Shown here: one piece after another, positions 9,037-18,203 of the stretch
How the letters are laid out: each line of letters opens with the position of its first letter
Position numbering within the stretch: the first letter of the stretch is position 1
Assembly (NCBI GenBank): GCA_942493095.1
Contig: OW818675.1
Coordinates: 1,590,001-1,622,000 of the forward strand
Direction of reading: 5' to 3'
From: Candidatus Electronema halotolerans
GTDB lineage: Bacteria; Desulfobacterota; Desulfobulbia; Desulfobulbales; Desulfobulbaceae
DNA length: 32,000 nucleotides
Made by a program: the position numbers and the translations under genes
Notes under the pieces: model-generated
Database searches by the model: none
What the model saw: only the letters and a program-made list of their open reading frames with translations
Told to the model about the DNA's origin: nothing

Positions 9037-12000
9037 ATGCGCATTTTTTCGGCAGAGCCGTGCAGCCATCTGAAACTCCGTGATCAGATTGTCTTTTTCG
9101 GAGCCTGCATCATGGCTGCGGTGCTGATTTTTTTATACATCGTCTTTGCCCTGCTCAACAGCCAGCAGGAAAGACACGCGGCCCGGCAGCAGCTCCGGCA
9201 GGGATTTGCCGTGCTGGAGCAGATGCTGGACAGTCAGACGCAGCCTGTGCCAAAGGCAAAAATCACCCAGATGCTGGACAGTCAGACGCAGCCTGTGCCA
9301 AAGGCAAAAATCACCCAGGAGCTGCTCAATGAGGCGGCCCTGCACAGCGGCCTACGCATCGTTGTCATTCTTCCTGACCGCCGCCTGACAACGGGCGGCG
9401 AAATTCCCTGCGCAGTCAGCAGCCTGACTGAGAGGCTGCCCCTGCTGGGAAGCCAGCAGCACTGGCAAGGTCAAGATATTGCTCATCATGATCAGGTCAT
9501 AGTGCAGGGGGCATGGCTGCCCTTGACTGAAGGCGGCAAGGCGGCGGTCCTGCTCGGCGCGGAGCTGCCTGTTTTTCCCGGCAGCCTGCTCAAGAGCGTC
9601 ATGCTGGCAGTGTTCGCCATTTCACTGGCCCTGTTTGTGCCGGTCGCCAATCTTTTTGTCCGCTATGCAGTGGCCGAACCAGTGGCCGAGCTGCTTGTCG
9701 GCATGAACAACATTGAGAGCCAGGACTGGCAGCCCCTGAGCGAATCGTGCCGGACTGCGGATTTCACCGCCTTGGCCAGAGCCTTCAACCGCATGGCCGG
9801 GCTGCTCCGGCAGCACGACCGGCAGGTGAACATTCTTACCGCTGTGGTGGAGCAGAATCCGGCAGCCATTGTCATCACAGACACCAAAGGGCGGATCGGC
9901 TATGCCAATGCGGAGGCCGAGCGGCTGACCGGCTACACGGTTGATGAGCTGATTGGCCGGGAAACCAGCATTTTCCAGTCCGGGCAGACGGACAGGACAA
10001 CCTATCAGCAGCTCTGGCAGACCGTGCAGGCAGGCAAGGTCTGGAAGGGCGAGCTGCTCAACCGGACCAAGGATGGCTCGCTGCGCTGGGAGGCAATAGT
10101 GGCGGCTCCGGTTTTTTCCGGCAGCGAGATCAGGAACTTTGTCGCGGTCAAAGAGGACATCACCGAGCACCGGCAGGCGCAGGAGCTGCTCCGCCGCTAT
10201 GAGCAAATCATCTCGGCCACCGACGATCTGATGGCCTTTGCCGACCGCAATATGGTGTATCAGGCCGTGAACAGCGCCTACGCGCAGGCCTTTCGCAGGC
10301 CCAAGGAAAAAATTGTCAACAGCACAGTGGCCGAGCTGCACGGCCAGGATTTCACCCGCCTGAACATGGGGGAAAAGCTGCGCTCCTGCCTTGCAGGCGA
10401 GGAAATCCATTATCAGGGCTGGTTTGATTTTCCTCCTGCCGGGCGGCGGTATCTGAATGTGTCCTATTATCCTTTTGCAGCTGAGGACGGGGTGATCAGC
10501 GGCATTGTCATGAGTTCGCACGACATCACCTCCCTCAAGCTCCAAGAGGAGCTGCTCCGGGAGAGCGAGCAGCGCTACCGCCAGACCTTTGAAACCAATA
10601 TGGCGGTCAAGCTGATCATTGATCCTGAAGACGGCAGGATTATCGAGGCCAATCAGGCGGCCTGCCACTATTACGGCTATGATCTTCAGGCCTTGGTTGT
10701 AATGCGGATCAGCGAGATCAATCCGCTGCCGGTCGAGGAGCTGCTAAAACAGATGGGACGTGCCTTGACAGCAGAGCAGCTCCATTTTTTCTTCCAGCAC
10801 CGGCTGGCTTCCGGCGAACTGCGCGATGTGGAGGTCTATTCCGGGCCGATCCGCTGCGGCGGTCGAACATTGCTCTACTCTATTATTCATGATATAACTG
10901 AAAGAAGAGAGGCGGAAGAAGCGTTGCGGGAAAGTAATGAGCACTTGGATTTGGCGGTCAAAGGCGCGGGGCTTGGCACGTGGGACTGGAATGTGGTCAG
11001 CGGCGAAGTGGTTTTCAACGAACGCTGGGCGGAAATATCAGGCTGGCGGCTGGAGGAGATCAGGCCTCATGTTGCGACTTGGGAGAATGCGCTCCATCCT
11101 GAAGAAAAAGAGCAGATCATGCGGCAAATGAATGAACATCTGCAAGGCGGCGCGCCGCTCTTCACTGCCGAGCACCGGCTCCGGCATAAATCCGGGGCTT
11201 ATGTCTGGACGTTGAGCGCAGGCCGGGTCTTTCAGCGCGATGCTGACGGCAGGCCGCTACGGGCCGCTGGCATCCTGCTTGACATCAATGCCCGCAAGCA
11301 GGCTGAGGAGCAGCTCCGGGGGGCCAAAGAGCAGGCTGAGGCAGCCAATCAGGCCAAGTCCGCCTTTCTCGCCAGCATGAGCCACGAGCTGCGCACTCCG
11401 CTCAACACGGTGCTGGGCTATGCCCAGCTACTTGCCGATGACAGCAGCTTGAATGAGCGGCAGCTCAAGAACATCACCGCCATTCACAATGCAGGCGAGC
11501 ATCTGCTGATGCTGATCAACGACATTCTTGATCTGTCCCGGATGGAGACCGGCAGGCTGGAGCTGAATCTGCGCGAGTTCCGGCTGCCGCATTTTCTCAG
11601 CAGCATTGCTGAAATTGCCAGAAGCAAGGCCAGAAGCAGAAAAATCAGGTTTAGCTGCGAGCCGGATCCGGCCCTGCCGCAGGTCATTGAGGCGGACGAG
11701 CTGCGGCTGCGCCAGGTCATTCTCAACCTGCTCTCCAATGCGGTCAAATTCACCAGTTCAGGCTGGTGCGCCCTCAACGTCCGCTCTCAGGCAGTGGGCA
11801 GGGATCGGGCGGTGCTCACGGTGAGCGTGGAGGACAGCGGCGCAGGCATCAGCCCGGAACTGCGGCAGAGCATCTTTGAGCCATTCCGGCAGCATGGCGA
11901 CCGTCTGCGCTGCGCCGAAGGCAGCAACGGCCTGAGCTTGGCAGTCAGTCAGACCTTGGTCCGCCTGATGGGCGGCGAGCTGCAGGCGCTCAGTCCTCTG

Positions 12001-12726
12001 CACAGCAATCCGCCGCCGGGCCGGGGCCCGGGCAGCCGCTTTTTCTTCAGCATTGAGGTGCGAGTTCTCAGCGGCGCGGCAGAGGTCACGCCAGGTCTTG
12101 GCAAAGGCAAAACCGTGCTGATCATGGATGACAAGCCTGCCTGCCGGACTGTGCTGCGCAATATTCTCGAAGATGCAGGCTTTCATATTCATGAGCTGGA
12201 AGAGCGGAGCGGGCTGGCCGCAGCCTGCTCCCATGCCAAGCCGGATGCGGTCCTGCTTGATTTTCGCCAGGCGGACCGTGATGGCGAGCCGCTGACCAAG
12301 CAACTCCAGGATGAGCCGGACCTGCGCGCCATCCCGGTCATTGCCCTGGCCACTGCTGAGGACGCGGCCCTGAGCCGGGACAGGGAGCATTTTGCCGCCT
12401 GCGTGATCCGGCCTTTTTCTTCAGCAGACCTACTCGCTGCGGTCAGCACCCAGCTTGCGGCTGCCGCGCCGCCGCCGGAGGAGGAGGCATGGACTGAAAG
12501 CATCCCGGAACATGCCTGGCCAGTACCGGAGAAGCTGGCTGAACTGGCCCGGCTGGCCCGCACCGGCGACATTGCCGGACTTGGGCGGCAATGCGCCTGG
12601 CTGGCTGAGGCTGAAGAGGGCAGATGTCAAGCCTTTGCCGCCCGGCTGGAAGAGCTTGTTGACAATTTTCAGCTCAAACTGATCCTCAGTCTGGTCCAAC
12701 AGGATTCACCCTGCAAACCTTCATGA
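9037..12726 (+). CDS. Membrane-bound multi-PAS hybrid sensor histidine kinase
   Basis: 1229 aa; N-terminal TM plus HAMP-like region, several PAS domains, HisKA (SHELRTPLNTVLGYAQLL), HATPase (NLLSNAVKFT...), receiver-like domain (TVLIMDDKPACRTVLRNIL...AVLLDFRQ). Confidence 0.93.
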   Translation: MRIFSAEPCSHLKLRDQIVFFGACIMAAVLIFLYIVFALLNSQQERHAARQQLRQGFAVLEQMLDSQTQPVPKAKITQMLDSQTQPVPKAKITQELLNEAALHSGLRIVVILPDRRLTTGGEIPCAVSSLTERLPLLGSQQHWQGQDIAHHDQVIVQGAWLPLTEGGKAAVLLGAELPVFPGSLLKSVMLAVFAISLALFVPVANLFVRYAVAEPVAELLVGMNNIESQDWQPLSESCRTADFTALARAFNRMAGLLRQHDRQVNILTAVVEQNPAAIVITDTKGRIGYANAEAERLTGYTVDELIGRETSIFQSGQTDRTTYQQLWQTVQAGKVWKGELLNRTKDGSLRWEAIVAAPVFSGSEIRNFVAVKEDITEHRQAQELLRRYEQIISATDDLMAFADRNMVYQAVNSAYAQAFRRPKEKIVNSTVAELHGQDFTRLNMGEKLRSCLAGEEIHYQGWFDFPPAGRRYLNVSYYPFAAEDGVISGIVMSSHDITSLKLQEELLRESEQRYRQTFETNMAVKLIIDPEDGRIIEANQAACHYYGYDLQALVVMRISEINPLPVEELLKQMGRALTAEQLHFFFQHRLASGELRDVEVYSGPIRCGGRTLLYSIIHDITERREAEEALRESNEHLDLAVKGAGLGTWDWNVVSGEVVFNERWAEISGWRLEEIRPHVATWENALHPEEKEQIMRQMNEHLQGGAPLFTAEHRLRHKSGAYVWTLSAGRVFQRDADGRPLRAAGILLDINARKQAEEQLRGAKEQAEAANQAKSAFLASMSHELRTPLNTVLGYAQLLADDSSLNERQLKNITAIHNAGEHLLMLINDILDLSRMETGRLELNLREFRLPHFLSSIAEIARSKARSRKIRFSCEPDPALPQVIEADELRLRQVILNLLSNAVKFTSSGWCALNVRSQAVGRDRAVLTVSVEDSGAGISPELRQSIFEPFRQHGDRLRCAEGSNGLSLAVSQTLVRLMGGELQALSPLHSNPPPGRGPGSRFFFSIEVRVLSGAAEVTPGLGKGKTVLIMDDKPACRTVLRNILEDAGFHIHELEERSGLAAACSHAKPDAVLLDFRQADRDGEPLTKQLQDEPDLRAIPVIALATAEDAALSRDREHFAACVIRPFSSADLLAAVSTQLAAAAPPPEEEAWTESIPEHAWPVPEKLAELARLARTGDIAGLGRQCAWLAEAEEGRCQAFAARLEELVDNFQLKLILSLVQQDSPCKPS
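9223..9318 (+). repeat. In-frame tandem duplication, 2 x 48 bp (16 aa: MLDSQTQPVPKAKITQ)
   Basis: Two consecutive copies of atgctggacagtcagacgcagcctgtgccaaaggcaaaaatcacccag inside the sensor region of the kinase gene. Confidence 0.92.
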
Positions 12727-15011
12727 ATGCCCGTGCGAACAAAATCATTCTGATTGTCGATGATCAGCCTGCCAGTCTGAGAATCCTGCTTTCCTTTCTC
12801 CAAGACCGGCATTTTGAACTGCGGGTGCTCCAGAGCGGCAGGCAGGCTCTGGAAGTGGTGCAGGAGATAGAGCCGGACATCATTCTCTTAGATGTGCTGA
12901 TGCCGGACATGGACGGGCTGGAGACCTGCCGCAGGCTCAAGAAGGACAAGGGAATGGCTGATATTCCGGTCATCTTCATGACCGCCTTGAACAGTGTTGA
13001 GGACAAGATCGCCGGCTTCAAGGCGGGCGGAGTTGACTACATCACCAAACCGTTTCAGCAGGCTGAAGTGCTGGCCCGGATCAGCACCCATCTCAGCCTC
13101 AAGGAAACCCGCGAACGGCTGCGGCATCAGAACAGCATGCTCGAATCGCTGCTGAATTCGATTCAGGACCCGATTTATTTTAAAAACATGCAGAACCATT
13201 ATCTGGGCTGCAACCGGGCCTTTGAGAAATTTGCAGGCAAAACAGAGCAGGAGCTGCTGGGCAGCATGGATGAGACCGTGCTGCCGCCGGAAATGGCCGC
13301 CTCGTTTCACAGCTCAGATCAGGAGATGCTGGGGGCCTGCACGGCGGCCCGCACTGAAGAGACTGTGGTCTGTCCAGATGGCAGGACGGCAATTTTTGAT
13401 GTCCTGAAAACTCCGTATATTGGCCCGGACGGCAATCTGCTGGGGCTGATCGGCATCTGCCGCAATATCACGGAACTGAAGCAGGCCGAGCAGCAGGCGG
13501 CGGAAGAGCGGGAGCGGCTCCGGGTCACGCTGCATTCGATTGGTGACGGCGTGATTGCCACCGATGTCTGCGGCAGGATCACCAGCCTCAACAACGTTGC
13601 TGAACAGCTCACTGGCTGGTCCAATGAGCAGGCAATCGGCCTGCCTTCTGCTGCTGTTTTTAAAATTATTGATGAAAAAACTGAGGAACCCTGCGCTGAT
13701 CCTGTGCGGCGGGCTTTGGCGCTCGGCAGGATGACAGATTTGGAGAACGGCTCCGCACTCATCCGCCAGGATGGCAGCCATCTGAGCATTGCCGACAGCT
13801 GCGCCCCGATCCGCAGCCGGGAAGGTCGAATCATTGGCACGGTGATTGTCTTTCGTGACGCAACGTATGAAAAAGAGCGAATCAAAGAGCTGATCAAAAT
13901 TAAAAAATTAGAGTCCGTCAGCCTGCTGGCGCGGGGGATTGCCCATGATTTCAACAATATCCTTTCCGCCATCCTCGGCAACATTGAACTGGCCTCTGAA
14001 GCAGTCACTTCTGATCCGCAGACCGAAATGCTTCTTGCCAGCGCCCAGAAGGCGGCGGAGCGGGCCGCCAAGCTGACCAAGCAGCTCATGATCTTTGCCA
14101 AAGGCGGCGAACCGGTCAAAGAGGCGGTCGCCCTGCCGGAGCTGATCCGGGATTCAGCTGATTTCATCCTGCATGGCTCGCAAGTGGTCTGTGACTATGA
14201 TTTTGCCGAGGATCTTTGGCTGATCAATGCGGACAGCAGTCAGATCACGCAGGTGATTCAAAACATCATCATCAATGCCAAACAGGCCATGCCCAAGGGC
14301 GGCGGCATCAGGATCAGCTGCCAAAATGCGGAAGTCGGCACTGCCGAGCCGCAGTCCGGCCTGCGCAAGGGCCGCTTTGTCCGCATCTCAATTGCTGACA
14401 GCGGCCCCGGCATTCCCCCGGAGATCATCAGCAAAATTTTTGATCTCCATTTCACCACCAAACAGGATGGCAACGGCCTTGGTCTGGCCATCTGCCAGCT
14501 CGTGACCCAGAAACATGAAGGGAGCATCACAGTGCAGTCAGAGCCTGGCAACGGCTCAGTCTTCACCGTGATGCTGCCTGCGGCTCAAAGCGGCAGTTCA
14601 GTCCAGTCCCGGCCAGCAGAGCCGAAAGAAGAACGACAGATGGCCCGAATTATTGTCATGGATGACGACCAGATGCTGCGCGACTTGGCTAAGGCCCAGC
14701 TGCGCTCTCTTGGTCATGAGGCGGTTCTGGCCGCAGACGGAGCCGAGGCGGTCAGCTTGTACCGGGAACTGCGCGAAAGCGGCAGCCCTGCGGACTTGGT
14801 GATCATGGATCTGACCGTGCCCGGCGGCATGGGCGGTCAGGAGGCGGCCCGGCAGATTCTTGCGCTTGACGCGGAGGCCAAGCTGATTGTGGCCAGCGGC
14901 TACTCAGACGATCCAGTCTTGTCTGAGTATAAAAAATACGGTTTCCAAGCCGCAGTGGCCAAGCCGTTCAGTTTGGCTGAGTTGCGCCAGGCCCTTGCCG
15001 CTGTTCTGTAG
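12723..15011 (+). CDS. Hybrid histidine kinase (REC-PAS-PAS-HisKA-HATPase-REC)
   Basis: 762 aa; N-terminal receiver (ILIVDDQPA...IILLDVLMPDMDG), PAS domains, LARGIAHDFNNILSAILGNIELA H-box, G-box region, C-terminal receiver (IIVMDDDQMLRD...DLVIMDLTVPGGMGG). Confidence 0.93.
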   Translation: MNARANKIILIVDDQPASLRILLSFLQDRHFELRVLQSGRQALEVVQEIEPDIILLDVLMPDMDGLETCRRLKKDKGMADIPVIFMTALNSVEDKIAGFKAGGVDYITKPFQQAEVLARISTHLSLKETRERLRHQNSMLESLLNSIQDPIYFKNMQNHYLGCNRAFEKFAGKTEQELLGSMDETVLPPEMAASFHSSDQEMLGACTAARTEETVVCPDGRTAIFDVLKTPYIGPDGNLLGLIGICRNITELKQAEQQAAEERERLRVTLHSIGDGVIATDVCGRITSLNNVAEQLTGWSNEQAIGLPSAAVFKIIDEKTEEPCADPVRRALALGRMTDLENGSALIRQDGSHLSIADSCAPIRSREGRIIGTVIVFRDATYEKERIKELIKIKKLESVSLLARGIAHDFNNILSAILGNIELASEAVTSDPQTEMLLASAQKAAERAAKLTKQLMIFAKGGEPVKEAVALPELIRDSADFILHGSQVVCDYDFAEDLWLINADSSQITQVIQNIIINAKQAMPKGGGIRISCQNAEVGTAEPQSGLRKGRFVRISIADSGPGIPPEIISKIFDLHFTTKQDGNGLGLAICQLVTQKHEGSITVQSEPGNGSVFTVMLPAAQSGSSVQSRPAEPKEERQMARIIVMDDDQMLRDLAKAQLRSLGHEAVLAADGAEAVSLYRELRESGSPADLVIMDLTVPGGMGGQEAARQILALDAEAKLIVASGYSDDPVLSEYKKYGFQAAVAKPFSLAELRQALAAVL

Positions 15012-15993
15012 TCAGGCCGCCCGGCATGGCCCCTGCCGCTGCTTGATGGAGCAGCTCATCCAGCCGTCCCGGCGCGGCCATAAACCTCTGGCCCAGTCCG
15101 CACTGACTCATGATCTCGCAAAATTTGAGGAACTCCTCCATCAGCCGGGTGGTCATCTTGTCCTGATGCTGGATGATGGAAATCTGCCGCCGCATGTTGA
15201 TGCCGCTGACCGGCAGGCTTTTCAGCCAGCCATGCTCGGTCTCCCGGCAGATGGTCAATTCAGACAGGCAGGCCGCGCCCACGCCCGCTTCCACAGCTTT
15301 TTTGATCGCCTCTGTATGGCCCATCCGGGTGACAATGTTGAGCAGGGCGGCATGACTGCCGAGCCGGCTCTTGAAGGTCTCTGCCGTGCCTGAGCCTTCT
15401 TCGCGCAGAACCCAGGCTGTTTCCGCCAAGTCATCAGGAATGCGAAACTTGTCCTCGGCGGCCAGCGGATGGGACGCGCTGACCACAATCCGCAGCTCGT
15501 CCTCAAACCACGGCGTGCATCGCACCCCCTCAGCAGTCACCTCGCCTTCGACAAAGCCCAAGTCCATCACCCCCTGCGCCACCAGCCGCTCGGCCCGCCG
15601 AGTGTTGGCCACCATCATGTTGATCCGCACTTCCGGGTGCAGCCGCATGAACAGGCCGACCGGATAGGGCAGGACATAGTTGCCGATGGAGGAGCTGGCA
15701 ATGATCTCCAGCGAGCCAGCCACAGAATCTTTCTTTTCTGTGAGCATGGACTCAATATTGCGGATTTGAAAGATGATCCTTTTGGCCAAGGGCAGCAGAT
15801 AGCGGCCCCGGTCATTGAGAAGAAGACTGCGGCCATGCCGGTCAAAAAGCGGGCCGCCAAGCTGATTTTCCAATTCAGCCAAGGCCATGCTGACCGCTGA
15901 CTGGGTCAGGAAGAGCTTCCGGCTGGCTTTGGTGACTTGAGCGGTTTCCGCCACAGCAATAAAAATTTCAAACTGTCTGAGAGTGACAGCCAT
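14968..15993 (-). CDS. LysR-family transcriptional regulator
   Basis: 341 aa; N-terminal HTH MAVTLRQFEIFIAVAETAQVTKASRKLFLTQSAVSMALAELENQLGGPLFDRHGRSLLLNDRG. Confidence 0.93.
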   Translation of the reverse strand: MAVTLRQFEIFIAVAETAQVTKASRKLFLTQSAVSMALAELENQLGGPLFDRHGRSLLLNDRGRYLLPLAKRIIFQIRNIESMLTEKKDSVAGSLEIIASSSIGNYVLPYPVGLFMRLHPEVRINMMVANTRRAERLVAQGVMDLGFVEGEVTAEGVRCTPWFEDELRIVVSASHPLAAEDKFRIPDDLAETAWVLREEGSGTAETFKSRLGSHAALLNIVTRMGHTEAIKKAVEAGVGAACLSELTICRETEHGWLKSLPVSGINMRRQISIIQHQDKMTTRLMEEFLKFCEIMSQCGLGQRFMAAPGRLDELLHQAAAGAMPGGLTTEQRQGPGATQPN

Positions 15994-16212
15994 AGTTGCG
16001 CTCCTTGGCGCGGCGGAAGACAGGCCGCCAAGGCCGGAAATTTATGAGCAAAATGGGGACAGATTTACGCAGTTGCCTCAACCTGATGCCTCGCTGCCAG
16101 TCCTGCGGATCAGCTCTCTGGAATGGTGATTATTACTGACCAGTCAGTTTAAGCAACGCATCTGCGCTTGTCAACTGGGAATATCCAGCAGCACAACGTG
16201 GATGCGGCGCGG

Positions 16213-17817
16213 TCAGCCTGCATTCTTCTCCAGCACTGTGTCCCTGCCGCAGCGCGCATCATCCTTGTCCGGGAAATCGGTGATGAAGTGCAGGCCCCGC
16301 GACTCCTGCCGCAGGGATGCGCTGCGGATGATCAGCTCGGCAATCAGGACAATGTTGCGCAGCTCCACCAAGTCCGGCGTGAGCAGGTAGTCGTGGAAAT
16401 GCTCCTTGGTTTCGGTGAGGATGGGCTGGAGCCGCCGGGCTGCGAGCTGGAGCCGCTTCTGCGTCCGCACAATGCCGACATAATTCCACATCAGCTGCCG
16501 CACCTGATCCCAGTTGTGGCTGATCAGCACGTTTTCCTCAATCGAGCGGGCATAGCCAGTCCGCCATGCCTGCACCTTGGGCAGAGACTGCGCTTGCAGC
16601 TCCAGCCAGCGTTCTTGCACCCAATGCGCGGCCCGATGGGCAAAGACCACGGCCTCCAGCAGCGAGTTGCTGGCCAGCCGGTTTGCGCCGTGCAGGCCTG
16701 TGCAGGCTGTCTCGCCCAAGGCCAAGAGATTGCTGACTGAACTGCATCCCCATTCGTCAACCCGCACCCCGCCGCACATGTAATGGGCTGCAGGCACCAC
16801 TGGAATCGGCTGGCTGCTGATGTCCACGCCGTATTGCAGACAGGTGCCGTAAATGTTGGGAAAACGCTGCTCAAGAAAGTCGCGGCCCTTGTGGGTGATG
16901 TCGAGATAGACGCAGTCTGCGCCGCTCTTCTTCATCTCCGCATCAATGCCCCGCGCCACGGCATCCCGTGTGGCCAAGTCGCCCCGGCGGTCATACTGCT
17001 GCATGAAGGCTGCGCCCTCCTGATTGATCAGAATGCCGCCCTCGCCGCGCACTGCTTCGGAGATGAGAAAATTCTTGGCCTCCCGGTTGAAAAAGCAGGT
17101 GGGATGGAACTGAACAAACTCCAGATTCGCCACCTGCGCCCCAGCCCGCCAAGCCATGACCACGCCGTCGCCAGTGGCAATGTCCGGGTTGGTGGTGTAG
17201 CGATAGACCTTGCCACAACCGCCGCTGCATAGTACGGTGACTTTGGCCCGCCACGTTGTCACCTCGCCCGTGCTCCGGCTGAGAACATAAGCCCCCAAGC
17301 AGCGGTCGTTGCCTTCTTTCCGGCCCGTGACTTTGGACTCGATCAGCAGGTCAATGGCCATCAGGTCTTCCAAGACCTCAATCTGGGGATGGGCATGAAC
17401 CTGAGCCAGCAAAGCGGTTTCGATCTCCCGGCCTGTCAGGTCTTTGGCATGAGCGACCCGCCGGGCTGAATGGCCGCCCTCCATGCCGAGATCAAATTCC
17501 TCGCCATGCTGACCTTGCTGAAAATGCACCCCAAGCGCGGTCAGCTCGCGCACCCGCTCCGGGCCTTCCTCGACCACCATGCGGACGATATCCTCGTGGC
17601 AGAGGCCGTCCCCGGAAGTCAAGGTGTCATGAACATGATCCTCCAGCCGGTCTTCTCTGGACAGCACCGCCGCCACTCCGCCTTGGGCCAAGTTGGTGGC
17701 AGTGTCGGCCCGCTTTTTTTTGGTGATCAGAGCGACACGGGCAAAGGGGGCAACTTTGAGGGCAAAGGACAGACCGGCCACGCCGCTGCCGATGATGAGG
17801 ATGTCTGTGGAGTGCAT
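16213..17817 (-). CDS. nadB: L-aspartate oxidase
   Basis: 534 aa from MHSTDILIIGSGVAGLSFALKV; Rossmann dinucleotide motif, TNLAQGGVAAV, HPTCF, EAVRGEGGILIN, RRGDLATRDAVARGID, YMCGGVRVDEWG. The track start at 18252 is an over-extension. Confidence 0.93.
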   Translation of the reverse strand: MHSTDILIIGSGVAGLSFALKVAPFARVALITKKKRADTATNLAQGGVAAVLSREDRLEDHVHDTLTSGDGLCHEDIVRMVVEEGPERVRELTALGVHFQQGQHGEEFDLGMEGGHSARRVAHAKDLTGREIETALLAQVHAHPQIEVLEDLMAIDLLIESKVTGRKEGNDRCLGAYVLSRSTGEVTTWRAKVTVLCSGGCGKVYRYTTNPDIATGDGVVMAWRAGAQVANLEFVQFHPTCFFNREAKNFLISEAVRGEGGILINQEGAAFMQQYDRRGDLATRDAVARGIDAEMKKSGADCVYLDITHKGRDFLEQRFPNIYGTCLQYGVDISSQPIPVVPAAHYMCGGVRVDEWGCSSVSNLLALGETACTGLHGANRLASNSLLEAVVFAHRAAHWVQERWLELQAQSLPKVQAWRTGYARSIEENVLISHNWDQVRQLMWNYVGIVRTQKRLQLAARRLQPILTETKEHFHDYLLTPDLVELRNIVLIAELIIRSASLRQESRGLHFITDFPDKDDARCGRDTVLEKNAG

Positions 17818-17941
17818 GGTCTTTATTTCCTGCTGAGATGAATGAAGGCTGCCCCGCACTTTACTCCGCCTGCGTCGGAATTGCATGAAGAAAAACCACT
17901 GCCTTGGGCATCGCCCGGCACTGGAAAATGCTGGAAAAGGC

Positions 17942-17970
17942 TTGACAGCAGGGGCGGCAGTTTTTATACC
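17942..17970 (+). promoter_or_regulatory. Candidate sigma-70 promoter for the CD1871A-like / 4Fe-4S gene pair
   Basis: TTGACA (17942-17947), 17-nt spacer, TATACC (17965-17970), about 80 nt upstream of the 18049 start codon. Confidence 0.5.
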
Positions 17971-18048
17971 AGTAGGGCGTGTTGCCTGTTCGGACAAAAC
18001 AGCAGCAGCGGTCAGAGCAACTATGAACTGCGCCAAGGAGAGCCTGTC

Positions 18049-18198
18049 ATGCGGAAAAAAATCAAACTGCGCCGGATGCCCTTTATTCTGCTGGTCTTTT
18101 TTCTCCTGCTCTGGGTGGTTGGCGTGACCTTGAACGAGCCAAGCCGGGTGCTGGAGCAGGCCAAAACCATCTGCCTGAGCTGCATTGGCATAGGATAA
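18049..18198 (+). CDS. Small CD1871A-family-like CXXC membrane protein
   Basis: 49 aa MRKKIKLRRMPFILLVFFLLLWVVGVTLNEPSRVLEQAKTICLSCIGIG: one TM helix and C-terminal CLSCIGIG; immediately upstream of a NapH-like ferredoxin gene. Confidence 0.75.
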   Translation: MRKKIKLRRMPFILLVFFLLLWVVGVTLNEPSRVLEQAKTICLSCIGIG

Positions 18199-18203
18199 AT
18201 AGT

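Noticed and set aside
9622-10668. 348-aa minus-strand ORF inside the hybrid kinase gene
   Set aside because: Antisense to PAS-domain coding sequence with strong homology motifs; no ribosome-binding or family evidence.
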